Origin: Acutalibacteraceae bacterium
GTDB taxonomy: Bacteria; Bacillota; Clostridia; Oscillospirales; Acutalibacteraceae
DNA: 64,000 nt
NCBI GenBank assembly: GCA_045645885.1
Contig: JAZRJR010000073.1
Location: 9,824 to 73,823, forward strand
Direction: 5' to 3'
Under the pieces are notes generated by a model, which worked only from the letters and a program-made list of their open reading frames with translations, made no database searches and was not told where the DNA came from. This document shows positions 54,901 to 56,813 of the stretch, in pieces. Position numbers and translations under genes: made by a program. Each line of letters starts with the position of its first letter. The first letter of the stretch is position 1.

Positions 54901-56813
54901 GGAGCTTCAGCGAGGAAGGTTCCTAAACCGCTGGGAGTGATAGCTGCAACACTCTTATAAGCTGAAATAATTGCTTCGTAGTTATAGTATGTAGCAGTAT
55001 TCTTGCCTTCTGCATAATACTTAAGAACGAGATTGTAAGAATCGTTAGCCTTAAGAAGAAGGTCCGCTTTGATATCATTTACATACTCTGTATAAGGCGC
55101 AATACCTTCTTCACCGTAAATTTCTTCAAAAATTGAAGCAAGACCGGCATTAGTTGAAAGCTCATAAGCCTGTCTGTAGAGTGTTGCAAATTCAGCAACC
55201 TGTGCCTTAGCATTGTTGAAGGTAAGACCTGCGATTACAACAGTATCCATAAATGCATCCATCTTGTCTTTTACAACAACATGCTCAGCACCTTCAATAT
55301 TAAACGAAACGTCACCTACTTTTTCAGCAAGCTTTGTGTAGGCTTCTTCATTGATATTGTTGCCTGCGTCTGTCTTTGTGTTCTTAATATCTTCATATGT
55401 AGCGTATCCGAGAACATATGTATTGATATCTGAAACAAGTGCAAGTGTACCATCATTGCCATTGGGGCCATAGAGCCAGAGAGCAGCATCTTCTTCAGTC
55501 GCATCAACCCATGTCTGTGTTGCTTCGTCATAAGTCTGCCACTTTTCTGTTGCAATATCAAACTTGGGAGCAAAATCAACTTTATCAACAGCTGCTTTAA
55601 GAGCATCTGCGTACATAAGAGCATAAGCCTTAGAAATTTCAATTCTAAGACGAGCCATTTTTGATTCAACTGTAGCAGAGTCTGAACCAATGTAGTCTGT
55701 ACCCTTAATGATGTTCATCAACTTTTTGGCAGGTGTAGCATACGGACTTGCATTGAGTTCATTCATAGCAGCAACATAGCTGTTGTAATGCGCAAGAAGA
55801 CCGGGAGCATCCAGATCAGCTGTTTTAACTGCAAGGAGTGCGTCAAACTTAGCAATAATACTTGATGCAAGCTGTTGCGCCTTTACTTCCGCACCGGCGT
55901 TGTTGTAGAATGCCTCTGTTTCGCCGTAAGTCTTATTTACAGTCTTTGCGATATAATGATCCCATACCTGTGCAGGGGTATATCCTGACTGTGATAAGAT
56001 TACAACATCAGTAAATTCATTGAAAAGCTTAGCAAAAGCGTCAAGCTGAATATCACCAAGCGCTCCGCCGCCTTCAACTATTGCAAACCAAGCGATGAAG
56101 TTTGAAGGATTAACACTCTGCTCAATTGCAGTCTTAATCGCACCAACAGTTGTTACCATGCTGGTGGGGTCTTCAAGTATATCTGTTTCATACTTGGTCT
56201 TGTCATTGATTTTATACTGCTTACTTCCGGCAGCTGTTTCACCGGTTACAATTGTAAGGGTAGCTGTGGAGTATGTACGGTTTTCGTCCATATCTTCCCA
56301 CTTGTTCCATGCAAGCAGATCAAAGCCGCAACCAATATCAAGTGTAATCTTGGTTGAAGCTGAATAATAATCGCCTTCCGGTGTCCCAAACTTAAAGTAG
56401 TCAAGAATGTCCTTGTAGTCTTTCGCAGGAATTCCAGATGAAGTACTACGATTATCCGCAACCGACTTAATACTTTCAACTATGTTCCACAAGCTGCCAA
56501 AGTTTTCCTTACCTACATTACTGAGTGCATAATCTGCAAACGCTTTGGCAACAGCCTGCCAACCACTTGTTGCAGTATCCATCTCAACAACCCAGTTCTT
56601 GCCTGAACCATCAGGAACTCGGGTCTTGTCAGGATCCTTTTCTTTGTTTGCGTTTACAATAGCTTCTTTAAGTCCTGCATAATGCGTTTCAATGGCGTCA
56701 AACACGATGTCAGTAGTAAGATCTGCACCGAGAACGCTGAAGCATACAGAACAGCTGGATACTATCATAATAATAGCCAGCAAGCAACTTAACGCTTTTT
56801 TACCAACTTTCAT
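18942..56813 (-). CDS. Giant secreted modular protein of about 12,620 aa and unknown family. Layout: signal peptide, a unique N-terminal region of about 940 aa, 19 tandem modules, an acidic stretch, then an amphipathic C-terminal helix.
   Basis: The ORF track shows one open frame across 18942-56852 (12,636 codons). AAGGAGG lies inside codons 9-11 of that ORF, 8 nt before the ATG at 56813, so the start is set there (MKVGKKALSCLLAIIMIVSSCSVCFSVLGA/DL, a signal peptide). A dedicated promoter and terminator flank it. The protein is acidic and Cys-poor. I found no LPXTG, SLH, dockerin, RTX, Rhs/YD or NRPS/PKS core motifs when reading it. Confidence 0.9.
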   Translation of the reverse strand: MKVGKKALSCLLAIIMIVSSCSVCFSVLGADLTTDIVFDAIETHYAGLKEAIVNANKEKDPDKTRVPDGSGKNWVVEMDTATSGWQAVAKAFADYALSNVGKENFGSLWNIVESIKSVADNRSTSSGIPAKDYKDILDYFKFGTPEGDYYSASTKITLDIGCGFDLLAWNKWEDMDENRTYSTATLTIVTGETAAGSKQYKINDKTKYETDILEDPTSMVTTVGAIKTAIEQSVNPSNFIAWFAIVEGGGALGDIQLDAFAKLFNEFTDVVILSQSGYTPAQVWDHYIAKTVNKTYGETEAFYNNAGAEVKAQQLASSIIAKFDALLAVKTADLDAPGLLAHYNSYVAAMNELNASPYATPAKKLMNIIKGTDYIGSDSATVESKMARLRIEISKAYALMYADALKAAVDKVDFAPKFDIATEKWQTYDEATQTWVDATEEDAALWLYGPNGNDGTLALVSDINTYVLGYATYEDIKNTKTDAGNNINEEAYTKLAEKVGDVSFNIEGAEHVVVKDKMDAFMDTVVIAGLTFNNAKAQVAEFATLYRQAYELSTNAGLASIFEEIYGEEGIAPYTEYVNDIKADLLLKANDSYNLVLKYYAEGKNTATYYNYEAIISAYKSVAAITPSGLGTFLAEAPAYEPNSKKGDMTEDEFLETYESATRAYSDANSFKTYFNNLKNLAYENTAQAPQAAHKGEYGGDPYNVLDETMLQYILHKGKAPAYNAYMWATCVGKLNYKDIMELVNEVELAQNSSISRGEIADLMDLAVEDLDRILVSEDLGILLKNLTMKQKTDAYGKFAYTYKNGTDEFYLDEADLEIHPTTKLEIVPVKTNMLGQWKRDYEIPAFTDEDGVKHAKETFKKGDDVKNLREFLISLIANILYGGLLPNTIFTVLEGAVGPAVYSLAGGVAVILPKYYQDLPKTLRRALPTMPHMFYANWGKSKNGTSAGNICDDTDVIWYKMFNGDLMGSRYDYTEVLYALQTAPHDSSSYGSGKELRSYWNDNWTNPRDGATYQGIPDGVWKGTEPIYYENGEPVYFDQDRAWHTENADDLYHAMAAAASGLAPVLASLVTGNAKKVEVALMDFDITIDSTGQSLYDNVFMPLYRLLGIQALADPNNKDGYGYYSGGEVSAACDTDIHALDGKCAGIVAEDGYGVELWQMLLEPIINFINMRLFNKPVETILELLPNLVAALEYDQILPKITDMNLKVILSLVSASLTDIQLWDLALRNLIGDLGLTPDVTKQGSAGLLNMLLGAKVTSESPTDSTKSKYLAKTDEDGNVIEYIKHNEKYVQTGLLTGTLYGLAGDGFLDWLEWDGNTGSCPLILPTNRLMACGKVVRTTLPTIQPLSPKTNYHIDTDSGDVLLTLLRWLMDDGTLYVLEPLLGGLLGDTFDMIAGIVDGQADTIVAILICLLNDYTMNFRDYYDVADDAQRFGYWEGDSWKSYVTKDLAGNLKSTFQIGKYLEETLREANSEVSATELANKTYTDADLIAKADLAVANVDKLISSLATTLLVALEDTILNVDLLKTLGAETVIAKAKAAANAGTALGLDEILSEFVFSNALIEFLVDLLVGTKELIYATDETTGEKIPATTTSTQIIVDGVVYYVDAGNGEGQVREGQFVVSTTVSEVDKLDENGDVVLDNEGNPVKETEYKLNYDQGLLGGLLGDPNGIVNKIANTLADIGIDLTPAGFYQAFTTSSSVSSSGNTQLAQWLERQHYIHRTGSISGYNANAYSDTQVYEYIRDEMTWADIGYEAGFEWFVEAEDFSERINNFVEYLCDLLSPLNPILSFLLSGQDILLLDELELQGNNGYSRSIVAILEALGLNSACMSQNQFDNYVYNNDKTKDTNVDVDALTAKGGKKFAQTYNSPLRPLLDAIRELLVGDETKGIKGFVDSPLTVLFEKIPNLAYALYIYNDPDDDKKRSNFMIAVENLIAPVTKLLDIVDPVLSRLITLDLNALIESFLDLENLLNNVLANIGEDNSGFNVQMLDFAKIAAESSDITKEITYRAVGTDDSGAVNANKKWTSFNGSAGKFLITLVRTVLNRQIATVLGNVILNATNANDENEELEYRQRVHNIVNGVINNLTGEAADAEGGMKVDILTGIIIDIFSDYNPDEGNLYYYDFINNLDNKLTEAIQDQAMTDYGIVHSGYANNENAIVQNDGTFAVIDKENNNEILFTEEDVNETIENLDYVVREALPEILSILTDNGIIGGDLVNGIKGDDGLWGLVKGLAMDYALKDDSFTWIANLIVGLFGAGGSTSTSRTLQQALKAAGFDMTFDAFIYNLDENGKPDKSKPSPLYEYFTYGFYKENGKIVPGASGDYDKYYLDMDFNDQKDDINGDGVITVADEVELTFVQIYNNHSYVLYEFDKNGELVKNQDGTPKKAAVQIQTTSDEELKDENGEYITAYKYEYDITDDAGEVTETKTVWLEEAGLKAYVVGEGANAVTYTLRDATEDKYVTVLDENGEPKLDASGNEVKEIVYATEVYATAYPQKTNDAGKYEYTYTNAEGEVVTYYGDYQQLKVLKSDQKDAQGKDVYYTLTPVYSETLGDRKWAWGIDEAEYILDADGKPVRKDEFTAKKVAMVNTLWSVLEPFAIVFSTLFAGDALSLFGHTLNIEGGFGYDDYLLPLLRAFGLDSIIAQLGDKLNTLETKDAEGQKIEHLMTKEEYLSRVYVDGKMSPAGVGYTVKNIVNYVFYFVEILCKYPVETLANALPTLAYFLYADGITTLVTNILIPVTTLTNRLTDIINLDINNIASGLIDALATDDWENFQNALNEFVKYDENGDQIVSDNVYSLTDSLLALIANLEFDLSGVLGGNDPYEGMYGIVLFLDKDKELEAKAKNKMAADLTKENAVANKDQIESLKADARTLRATAVKNFLKSIAALGDPVSEHEDEANDYIKRKYADYVYVSGTGTVYVSKAEVLMFLLDFIFTNTTLKEVIGSLLGYDLTDDNSATEAELLDEIITNVFKNPNALVDLIVALLTGDTRGTIKPVTLIEITSENHFEFYEDAGYDTHEEVLDHNKNLGAGEEKVTEISRVKTSATIDNLDALVGKILNLSLLKDMLAKEDDPDTAEDESGAFNKLFGITTDDTITLQLIVDKVFETYLYDDKGLNSIMDMLIGLLGGEDSAQIVNIVLTVLKGSGYDLTPYSFYMNIDNLRETIVKAVEDKSITFDPAAETLTDEQEKALKALNWSDVVKANSKYQYVVKDADGKVTATYYADEKGLTTLDHDNDKNTAEIAVIADMVQKQTDREVDKQVTDEATGETTTKKVTEYKYTYSVKNAAGELVDTELWLEEAGKTEWIATPDNPETEENEEVKHLVEAVMENVKPAKQKTAVKINATWGLNTRDGFVDLLWNCIKPLAPIFAALFAEGSLVIYDKITINGAAGYEGFILPLIKALGIPALRANKNADGTWSDNLGTPIVNEGNYFLGGGATEATLVDYTAYKAAVYNDNGSIDYDGAKIMLTTLTDAIFALVDSLCARPVNTLLTIIPYLAHFVESDGIDAILNNLIVPVTTITDMLESIYDIDLMGIVKDLLRGLIKDMNDKAGETSDSTDPADQSTVGAAAAAVALNMIEENEGGQSGLEAAVASLTEPDEALDLSGGAGSAYTFKQIIVELLEGVSINGTDLKSIIDPEFIFLNLASTAWRAGSTKKVITIAADRRSGSYWPCTATEYTVDRESVLINLLNDIVFTDGIRDLIGGLLKFDFSKAAMTTLTEEDSNYLLTVLLYGVFEDPEALERLLIDLLSWYEIEYEDPRVKKTDAEDAFNEIDSNNELVYGENGNGLDKEQMEKLPKDFDSLIGAIVPAVLGMLPEGALGDLKLQGANLEEMVHNLLADLMMDKTVTNELGKEEIKYGFATQLVELLVNLLGGNATVSMIVGLLPTIIEGVDVELDDFKAVNDAFAEYFVTDDGKQLDTWADAYEYFKSIKKYEAPKEPAADYVAPAHEADTLNLYAVDGNGKPIPVYALDENGAKIPVYANGTTKTDAYGTWYVNGGTAAADEEAIADTYVVETDEKGNIVYEYQYELKLKNTDSFGIEDYDDVLALVSQILAPFAPVLRFLLTEADLVALDGIHITGGDGYDRFIIPLFEMLGVAKYMNDPQSAYKGDYEFIDKDEFAALDNKAFTAQIVEGYIDALISMIVNTPIQTIVDLVPELVFFIYSDGLAQAVEQLVAPLLTLVDMVNDITAKEVAIEGRDDKLVALDIVGLITDLINDNLMKPNNIAEVTGFYGDNGLITRLLTANGLETLLQGLLDNANAWIYAYEYTIPKEMVEGATEDELVTVYFNKDNLDGATHTPTNGNGKDKQFTLKAVPEKNKTPMTFGLDKDNSEGEIIGIFKWILEKTCKIEKVDTIREYGADNNDQIWGVKASRADTLVQIISETLLGGEMLTSLLSSFGVEIKEGEILDTILKALTGENRYQLFVVLLTYFNEYDVETMLMDYLSFEKVEYAYEEISDRLTKRKLRRAIKKLDGSILTVIPDLIPMLEEVDFIKMLLEKIGGYKEGQSLKDLVHELLMAYAFNDQTMNELMGLLVGLLGGEDLAGTLNTVLPLVDTIVGIDVTPYGFMEATSSEAIEQYLAPAINAAASEFVLDENGDVALDDDGLEVQKGVEAVTWTDIADYYRVYVYSHNTVTAETKYEYTYTDVEGENQYYYADEKLEPNAEDGKIIITQGDNKYELTANETKTFYTYTTDYMYSKTDLGETTEVDGKTWYGYEQATDADGNLLWIDEATGEPAKKTEKKTVDEVETEVTVRATRVNALTGADAFDWKIDKAASRGGYNAAKNAFVEILAGIVTPLEGILNFLLRGDSLYILPNEDTKNSGVLEFHGNNGYENVIMPLFQALAVDQVGGTIVSAEAYEAGRGEAITLTAITDGIFAIIEALTDGPLEFIFTLLPSLSYFISCNGPEVVLNNLLSPVFALLNLADPIVGDLLDDLIGSAISGIFADYMPTNVPFVEKTNYKAPIYKTEKKTVDGVETEVKVPARTDSETITFRDETYYISAGTDAGEIIEGKYVVTTEKVDGVTVPDFEEYNAYALTDLLKICGEYGENLVKIINNLVGPLLLGEDATEDEKAAFKLLDDTFFSDYAAHAITINEQKVNARFYYFYTDAEGNWYKIEAKDFNDSMGTVVETHYVVDWFKVDIADSAVFLLDNVLSESLLEAIAKLANIDMDDESNILGVILSNLADNKFTGLVIADIITALFENYTITYNELYGEYITPDHSHLDVLDEEDKDKAEKVPGQLDKVINEALPTLAPILSKLLAPKDGKEPTILNEIFDDYAKIAKDDKVADLYEIAMYLLDDLVWSDELVNTLAALIINLIGTTDIVGTIIGYFGLTGIKLDPQSYLATVKKAYGENDTAVMTLAAIIGEATTWADVVKNDTTPLYAYEYVDGKNEDNTDKKVTVYLADADAETYELTKTEGEGEAAKEVTYDVTLTPVTKKVEGEEVRVTKAEFNKTEDGKNVADVEWGVNDATDKKAAFIKALAVIVEPLFPVLQLVLQGKILTLVGHGKNEYTPVNMVEYYKDGTHLEITDDSRTGNEIGNGYIELVGVNGYEELLVPVLDALGGIAAFGRYDAEDNADGIMTAEQFCAINNAYDMLSYIVNVVFAFVNNLVANPVTYLATYLPSLLYFIGSDGVYNAVQSVLQLANGLIDVVKPLIGEEGIKFSDTLGLPLDLKMLKLDDSTVPGKVQKVENGKYAYIVKGDATKTEIYLDEAGLTKNGEVEIEAVMIDGTIEVDGLCSMINGLIGKDLISKDMLLKAAGYLGDYQTIETVRTTASPALYDTELDAYVNAAGQIIAKKDGDIWVDADGNAVAKPAADGHITTIVGNTQYTLTGLLQFALADGLVGGLLDTASMEGILKTIIDNVMGPDATKNVSAILIKLLNEYVITYEAIEEPAKALSPDAPDYAKYGVTKADVDLALSNLQALLPEVLALLGVGSLDKLVADNLYTDKVINGIICLLVGLLGGMDEKTWSTITEIIGYVNDIVNLENDIDISPAAYADSKTLGEFIKAVDVKRDILDAEGNVTGEERIPVADLTWADVAAFYTKYEYRYMVEEAKAAQGEKGEEGYVAPVEAKYVTVWFADANLDGEDHTPTSGDYAGKTFKLEKVETVYYGYEYTIPATGTEGTDDYVAAKTETLKSTDDKLTEYKVGEETYALTAKGEVERVHNTKVESDFTWDIENKKELNDKADILVDVVTDLLKPLDGVLSLLLAGGTYNFATTNTYGDSLGAFEEINIMGGSGYNYAIIPLLEALNVPADSIKTQSEYEATIKSKGTLGYILETILHTVNDNLDTPLDFVLGLFANLAYTISKDGVTTIVSNLIAPLSEVIEAVEGVLPVAIKVDLIKLIDGGSVAEILLGDDVAKKNAKVGLTLDLDCATLEKLIAKVLTKFVAGFDIAFDFSDIAAKSAKLDANGAIIYNNSKVDTKWDKITPEDAVWGKNIEGDPAATIVTLLAMIITADNIDALLQMLKVDLTTLPLEVYKLLEKVIDAPDVVIGAVIKLLANNYDVSGVIKAMVFYFLDELEYDYTGVKGGALNGGHGAVNSAISKFDKMLNNLIPKLLKLLGNDLETPVELIKDIYVGLGEDAAKADIKAVVDYLLNDLVFNDKMMNYLLAAIVNLLGGIDEKTFTTIVDIVKEVLGIDISPAGVAEKSYSEIGAIAAFIEKHIAEGKTIADLTWAEIAKAHAWYEYRYLVEEAKGEEGDDDYVAAKYVTTHFADANLNDTEHTPTKGDYAGKTFTLEAVKDKDGKHVTKVILEEKWNIADKDDFLKVIYEIVAVVEPLLAFLFMGEDITILVDTFGLKGSNGYENALVPLAKALNIDIPDTIGSFAEATDMLKAVVDGIFGLVTKIEKAPISTILEVLANASYFIANNGIETVINNLIAPVTGLLSIFEKKTTVTNTDGSTTEKTEGITMADINALLKSLIKMDLNDITGIAGADGSKLVSMINGLLPKVEITGADGTVRIAQALPGDFFVKMSQYAIVYEKLLGVDETGKQPVTKWSVDKADALMYLLSTVLSADFIALIGDLANAEEGTVLGDLIYGLAGDQNKVINIISMLLNNYTLVYKKYAQNDITKIDVEPKDPLTDQNLGQAIEAIDGLVPAIIGLFVPGADSLKGLVENLVAGADLGNLLMNLLVPLLSGLDIDAILGYVKEFSNLNVKLDPSAWTANANSEIAKFILAADENADGKVTWAEVEAHYTQYEYSYTAEGAEKATSVYKPTAEGTYTETVGEGDKKKTYDLAPVYEYEYTYEVVNGEGKDAKKETKTIILDKNDYTTYDVDGKADTAEVEVKLSKTIQKSKMVSEYDWNIENFDGLKKFAVDLLKPLDVVFELLLAGADIVVVPDNKKNEQPYPAQITVRGGDGYNFAIIPLLEAIGATDLKTQREYEDYSKSEEIGSHLEYILDVLFGEVEEILASPVSELMSRLANLFYFIGNDSINDLARNLLAPVNTLIAEVDPIFPLAIQIDVGQVGIEGAEIIKLFLGKEHTGISSGISVNVRGVDLAALLNNLLGGIEINGTKLGLSLDLNWIELAAKMAKQGAQRVDAEGTPVVENGNPVYEVVKNESAMFYGNYEFAADDINAEKYYNIEGSAVDGFVTLLQVLLTQDNTKAIKDLVDGLLEDGELKNILMDILSDPDAVEKAVGVVVLLLTGEKALTEDDYPLDFIYKFLGKLDFAYANTDLNYGMNNVQSAINKFDAIIAREAVGIITMIGATAEADSFLGKMTAAMNKIEEGTENAEGRKATLSDLVAWLLGEFAFTADNYKALMEMLNTLLADLITSELAGIISTILPIDLMPYEFAAATGNAKLIAYVAKAYAEDATEEAKKAVTWADVRAAYATETKDGDKSTWTYDKYESFTWDVADQTTFVDSLLDLLKPLNPILDFLFAGKNLKFEIEGVELWGANGYKNAIVPLLNALGAQQLGVNLPETAANSTTAIGYIVDALLGCQVEEEVDGVLTDVYKKGIVDAICEAPLTSILTIVGNLSYFLANGNLDELIQNLIAPVMNILKLAESLLSREELDVLIEGLAKIELYEGYALNISNILNIAGEDGSGLVALINGLLGGIRAYHKTAYELNPDKTVKTYSKATMTNSGEYVEIKGADGKGTGKYYKLLDKSTIVEYTEADVKADTTGAQFHKVEKEDGTVVYWKVLQVISVLPDNFFKQFAQYVVEDTKYDNVAVTAVDAVVDSWTINTADALMYVLTTVLDQNFFETILKKIGLDLSQGIGATVAAMAEKENDLVDVLLMLFNDYKVVYSKINQPAITKVDLTDTYADFSPEGHTLTKDEVETAIAVLDPLVNTVLGLIVPGADSLGGLVDGLIADADLANLIMNALVPVLATLDIDSILAYVNELTNIKLTTLSPELWADAKFGSELKNFLAAAEDLNEDGEISWAEVEAHYTQYEYTYTIPATADAAAKTETVYKPAGTAQITIGEGDKAVIYDLAPVYGSYEYTYEVTVGEGEEAKPETKKVVLAEAGLAEITIGEETFTVTSSKGIQKSKMVSEFDWKITGLNDTLVKFVCDLLQPLDIVLQVLLRGEPIIAVEDKSAARADIRIMGGHGYNYAIIPLLEAFGATDLKTQAEYNAYSKAEGSSIKYILEALIAEVDEILATPVDQLLSRLANLFYFIGSDGINTIAANLLAPVNTLIAEVDDLFPLAIRIDLAADEILGLYLGKEHEGVPEGITVNVSGSALTKFINDALVGIKVNGEALGLSLDLDWIELAAKMAGTERIPTKQVYTLGTIADENIADLVNISGDSADTLIALLDTILSEKNCEAIKALVMGLLPEDFMKENKDIADLIEKALSSENTIKQVLGAVVLILTGNGNLSSDVYPFAYIYKFLGKLDFNYKEAELSDAITKFDSMIAREAVGVITMLGATAEADSFLGKMTAAMNKIEEGTDDAEGRKATLTDLVNWLLGEFAFTADNFTALMEMLTNLLAGAITADLAGTIAQLLPIDLMPVAFAKATKNDKLVAYVAKAIKEGATDAEKAAVTWADVRAAYATEEFGEWTYNYGEFTWGVNDQNSFINALLDLLKPLNPILDFLFAGNNLSFNINGVALWGADGYNNAIVQLLNGLGAKQLDVTVETIGEGEHTTDALRKLVNALLGTKGKNGIVDAICTAPLTSILKIVGNLSYFIANGNLDSLIQNLIAPVLAILELLESVITRDQLDALLAGLLNVKLPGGKALTISNIINIAGDSGEGLVAIINDLLGGLRVYEKDKDGKIKEYKVEQLVKNHNYHEVIVTDEDGNVVYKTTKDKDGNVTFVLDKDGQRVPEKVYWRVLHVINVLPENFFEQFAKYVVENSEYEDEAVTTVGADVDSWTINTGDALMYILSTVLDYDFFETILKKVGLDLSQGIGETVLSMADKENELVDVIIMLLNDYTVRYSKLEQPTITKADLTEAYAGFSPDAHQLTNEDVTTAINVLDPLVNTVIGLIADGKTLGGLVNGLIADADLANLIMNALVPVLAGLDKNESLDLDAILAYVEQLTNIKLTTIAPTLWTDMLSSDSKVEKFLGDAKTWTAILEKYTKYEYTYTIPAVGTEGAEGYVAEQTITVFDKADATEIIVGEGENTKTYTLAPVYDYEYTYTDKDGKEQKFYSTKNDLTKADVDNNKDTPDVAVALIGNETHRSKMASDFNWGITDLDDLIPVVCDLLKPLDIVFQVLLSGNSIVALPDTDDVAPANAQISIKGGYGYNYAIIPLLEAFGATDLKTQAEYDAYVAETGSSLKYVLEVLIGEVNEILATPLNELLSRLANLFYFIGSDGINTIADNLLAPVNTLISEVDDLFPLAIVIDVAADEILTTYLGKAHPGIDAGIHVNVSGTALAELLSGLLEGIEVNGDKLGIKLNLNFIELAAKMAKKGEALKDKDGNDVTDAAGNKIYSVESTGTSQNYTVGSVGEGSSLNHLKNSTAADLVNIAGDPADTLIALLDTILTVDNCKAIKNLVEGLLKNANLPTEVKGIIDNVLSTNVTIKKVLGTVVLILTGEGELSSLPAYIYKYLGDLNYDYRTDELSIAVDKFDKIIDREAAAIIKLIGSPAEGTAEADLTTFNKIANAINKDKGLASLVDWLLKEYVFTEANFNSLMTMLTDLLAGFVTADLAGTIAQIIPVDLMPYEFAKASGNVALQNYVAKAYAENATEADKKAVTWAQVSDANKTAFAWGVADRETFVETLLAIVSPLNSVLDFLFAGENLTLAIGDVSIWGSNGYNNAIVQLLNGLGAEQLGVNVERISEGEHTTDALRKLVNALLGTEGKKGVVDAICEAPLTSILTIVGNLSYFIANNNIDVLIQNLVAPVMAILELLESVITRDEIDALLEGLVNVKLPGNRPLTLSNIIGIAGDKGEGLVAIINDLIGGIRVYEKNENGDIIKFTKEQVDADKENQYWPVEIENEDGTKSTVYWKVLHVIDFLPANFFEQFAKYVVEDSTFADETKTDIGDDVTDWNINCGEALMYILTTVLDYNFFETLLKKVGLDLSKGIGEAIIGLADKENELVDVILMLFTEYKVVYKKLTQADLDENVVAPYESFKTDEGALNNANTNEAVLVLDSIVKLVVPMLAGKDLGGLINGLIADADLVNLVMNALVPLLAGLDKNENLDLDAILSYVRELTNIDLTTINPTLWTAEGVLVADSKVKDFLDAGSTWTEILDAYTQYEFTYTIPAKEAVGEEGTDGYVAATEAQTITVYRAKGETEITVDGETYELKAVNGEDGNQKTKLNGFDWKVTSLNDLIPIFVDLLRPLDVVFQLLLREGDLVALDDETNNGNEIKIQGGAGYNYAIIPLLEALGATNLKSQKEYDAYSIEVGSSLQYVLEALIGVVNEILKTPLNELLSRLANLFYFIGSDGINTIAENLLAPVNTLIDEVDDAIPLAIRIDLAAENILTTYLAKSHEGVPAGITVNVSGADLADLLGDLLAGIEIGGSKLGIKLDLNWLELAAKMAKRDTDGKILTTGTKQVYNIGTVKNASTADLVNITGDAGNALITLLDTILTDENCKAIKNLVGGLLDGAALPDAVIELINNALASDENIKGVLTTLVLVLTGDNKVTEYDYIFKYLGKLAVENGDKASTAIENLDSVLVKGAPIIIDLLGESAEEGTFLANLAAGIEDNATLAGMVDYLLNDLLFTESLMGTITGALIGLLKGLDPELLATIGGIIGIDLSPVAFAAETENADLIAYVAKAKASDATVGVTWADVAAANVDKTEEIKNEDGTTTTKVTYKPVFEGVKGKKAWVGALLSLLKPLEPVLAFLLTGGDLTLTLENDGQKASVSLAGGNAYETALIPLLFQGLGLEELTSKDGTNKSVVSAAKKAATANEAIANVLDFILDDLVGAVAKAPLETILTVVGNLSYFIANNDVEVVIKNLVAPVLSIVDALDNVITMDQLDALIESLVNVTLPNGKKLNITNIFTIAGDNGKILIDLINGLLPNIEIKDKDGKVIAVVNALPADFFLNLANAAVTVKKQEGDNVKTWTTDSGNAIMYVLSTVLTSDFLNILCEAIGLKAEDEAGKPNMVYNIIQSLADKDGELIDLILMLFSEYMVEYKPYNLPAMDKIKDESVSQQVGDVLAGLDGLIPMLLELLVKTEDGSKVSGLADIVYPLFVKDDIANALVSAVVKLLAGLPVDTLNMIEDLVGQLSNLKNNGDSFSIAPAAFKNTKFGSKLKAYIEEAKDTDKDGAITWNEVWMAHSEEKTNEDGTKTRVAKAYAWGITDKADFIALLSDMLLPLDCILGLLLHGGMINAEFDTKGFTGDTLAILDGVKVSGGNGYNYAIIPLLEALGATPMTQAKYEEAVAANHGSSLKPILDMLFAQVDKILEQPINSVLGILANLCYAIANGNVGILVENLIAPVNNLIAAVDPIFPIAIQIDLGNIGAADADKYPVLKTFLGQEHPGVSAGVSLKIDGAALANLLGNLIEGIAIDGKPLGLQLDLNFAELAAMAAADANGDGKIDFKGSVLDTKYDIYNGTGYKNVAGDNAYTFYALLKTILTEDNWNALKGALGLDLGDFEGLIEDIIKDPAKILDVIATLLGGEVSYIPIQNRTITLQGIDYRTYGFLTEANADVIAANIDNLINDILKAAGVGGGSLAGLLGGMLNNDLVSNLVGTITGLLAGESVEGILGTISTLATGDKAILVVYDEKGNVKPLGLDLTVQGYATEYAKYSNANAEFAKRLKAAKKWSDVSAAGINWGVNGTVTSFVNGLASILNPLNCVLELLLLGEGKTLGVLPSRNDNGTIIKGDDGMPVCVANIKGGNGYDYAIIPLLEAFGLEAKDVKTQAQYADAVKSNPANTLGYVLTKIGNWADWLLAKPVDRLLGVLPNVGYFLSNEGFYLIVRNLAAPVFGILNAVSGIIPGLGNLLEGLDVAKLIHNINIPIQLLGAKYNFKIPEIDFYELAQTGTGKKEVATARSEKAGSFKTAITDPKDYVKNYENGKYDKYIAEGNKKTQTYIQADKGNTLTWLFTFLLDMFGDAGNREALVQWIVGAFDLKAGSEQSVRYAIDQLFKTTASYGMPDIIVAALFQALGLAVTVDAFYRNDIITVQEIFKQLFNDIANGSTCIYGSIARVMEQMTGVWYDTVGPDEDHEEAEEEAEETLNWFQRIIKKIKEFFAKIFGIFG
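19950..53560 (-). repeat. Array of 19 tandem coding modules (1.47-2.44 kb each), each anchored by the motif [GN]G.GY..[AF][IL][IV]PL[LF].A[LF]G.
   Basis: Anchor motif copies, read on the reverse strand, are centred near 53505 (degenerate), 51370, 48930, 46625, 44545, 42290, 40125, 38055, 36360, 34680, 33060, 31090, 29580, 27685, 26140, 24445, 22945, 21476 and 20014. Examples: IMGGHGYNYAIIPLLEAFGA, LWGANGYKNAIVPLLNALGA, ITGGDGYDRFIIPLFEMLGV. Each is followed about 40-60 aa later by L.NL.YFI...G....I.NL[IL]APV. Confidence 0.85.
21000..38900 (-). repeat. A/B super-repeat zone: two module subtypes alternate with a period of about 3.2-3.6 kb, with long nucleotide-identical stretches.
   Basis: A-type anchors (GG.GYNYAIIPLLEA.GATDLKTQ.EY) are at 38055, 34680, 31090, 27685, 24445 and 21476. 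B-type anchors (LWG.NGY.NAIV.LLN.LGA.QL and relatives) are at 36360, 33060, 29580, 26140 and 22945. 30085-30149 is identical to 33577-33641 (65 nt), and 24241-24272 is identical to 27481-27512. Confidence 0.8.
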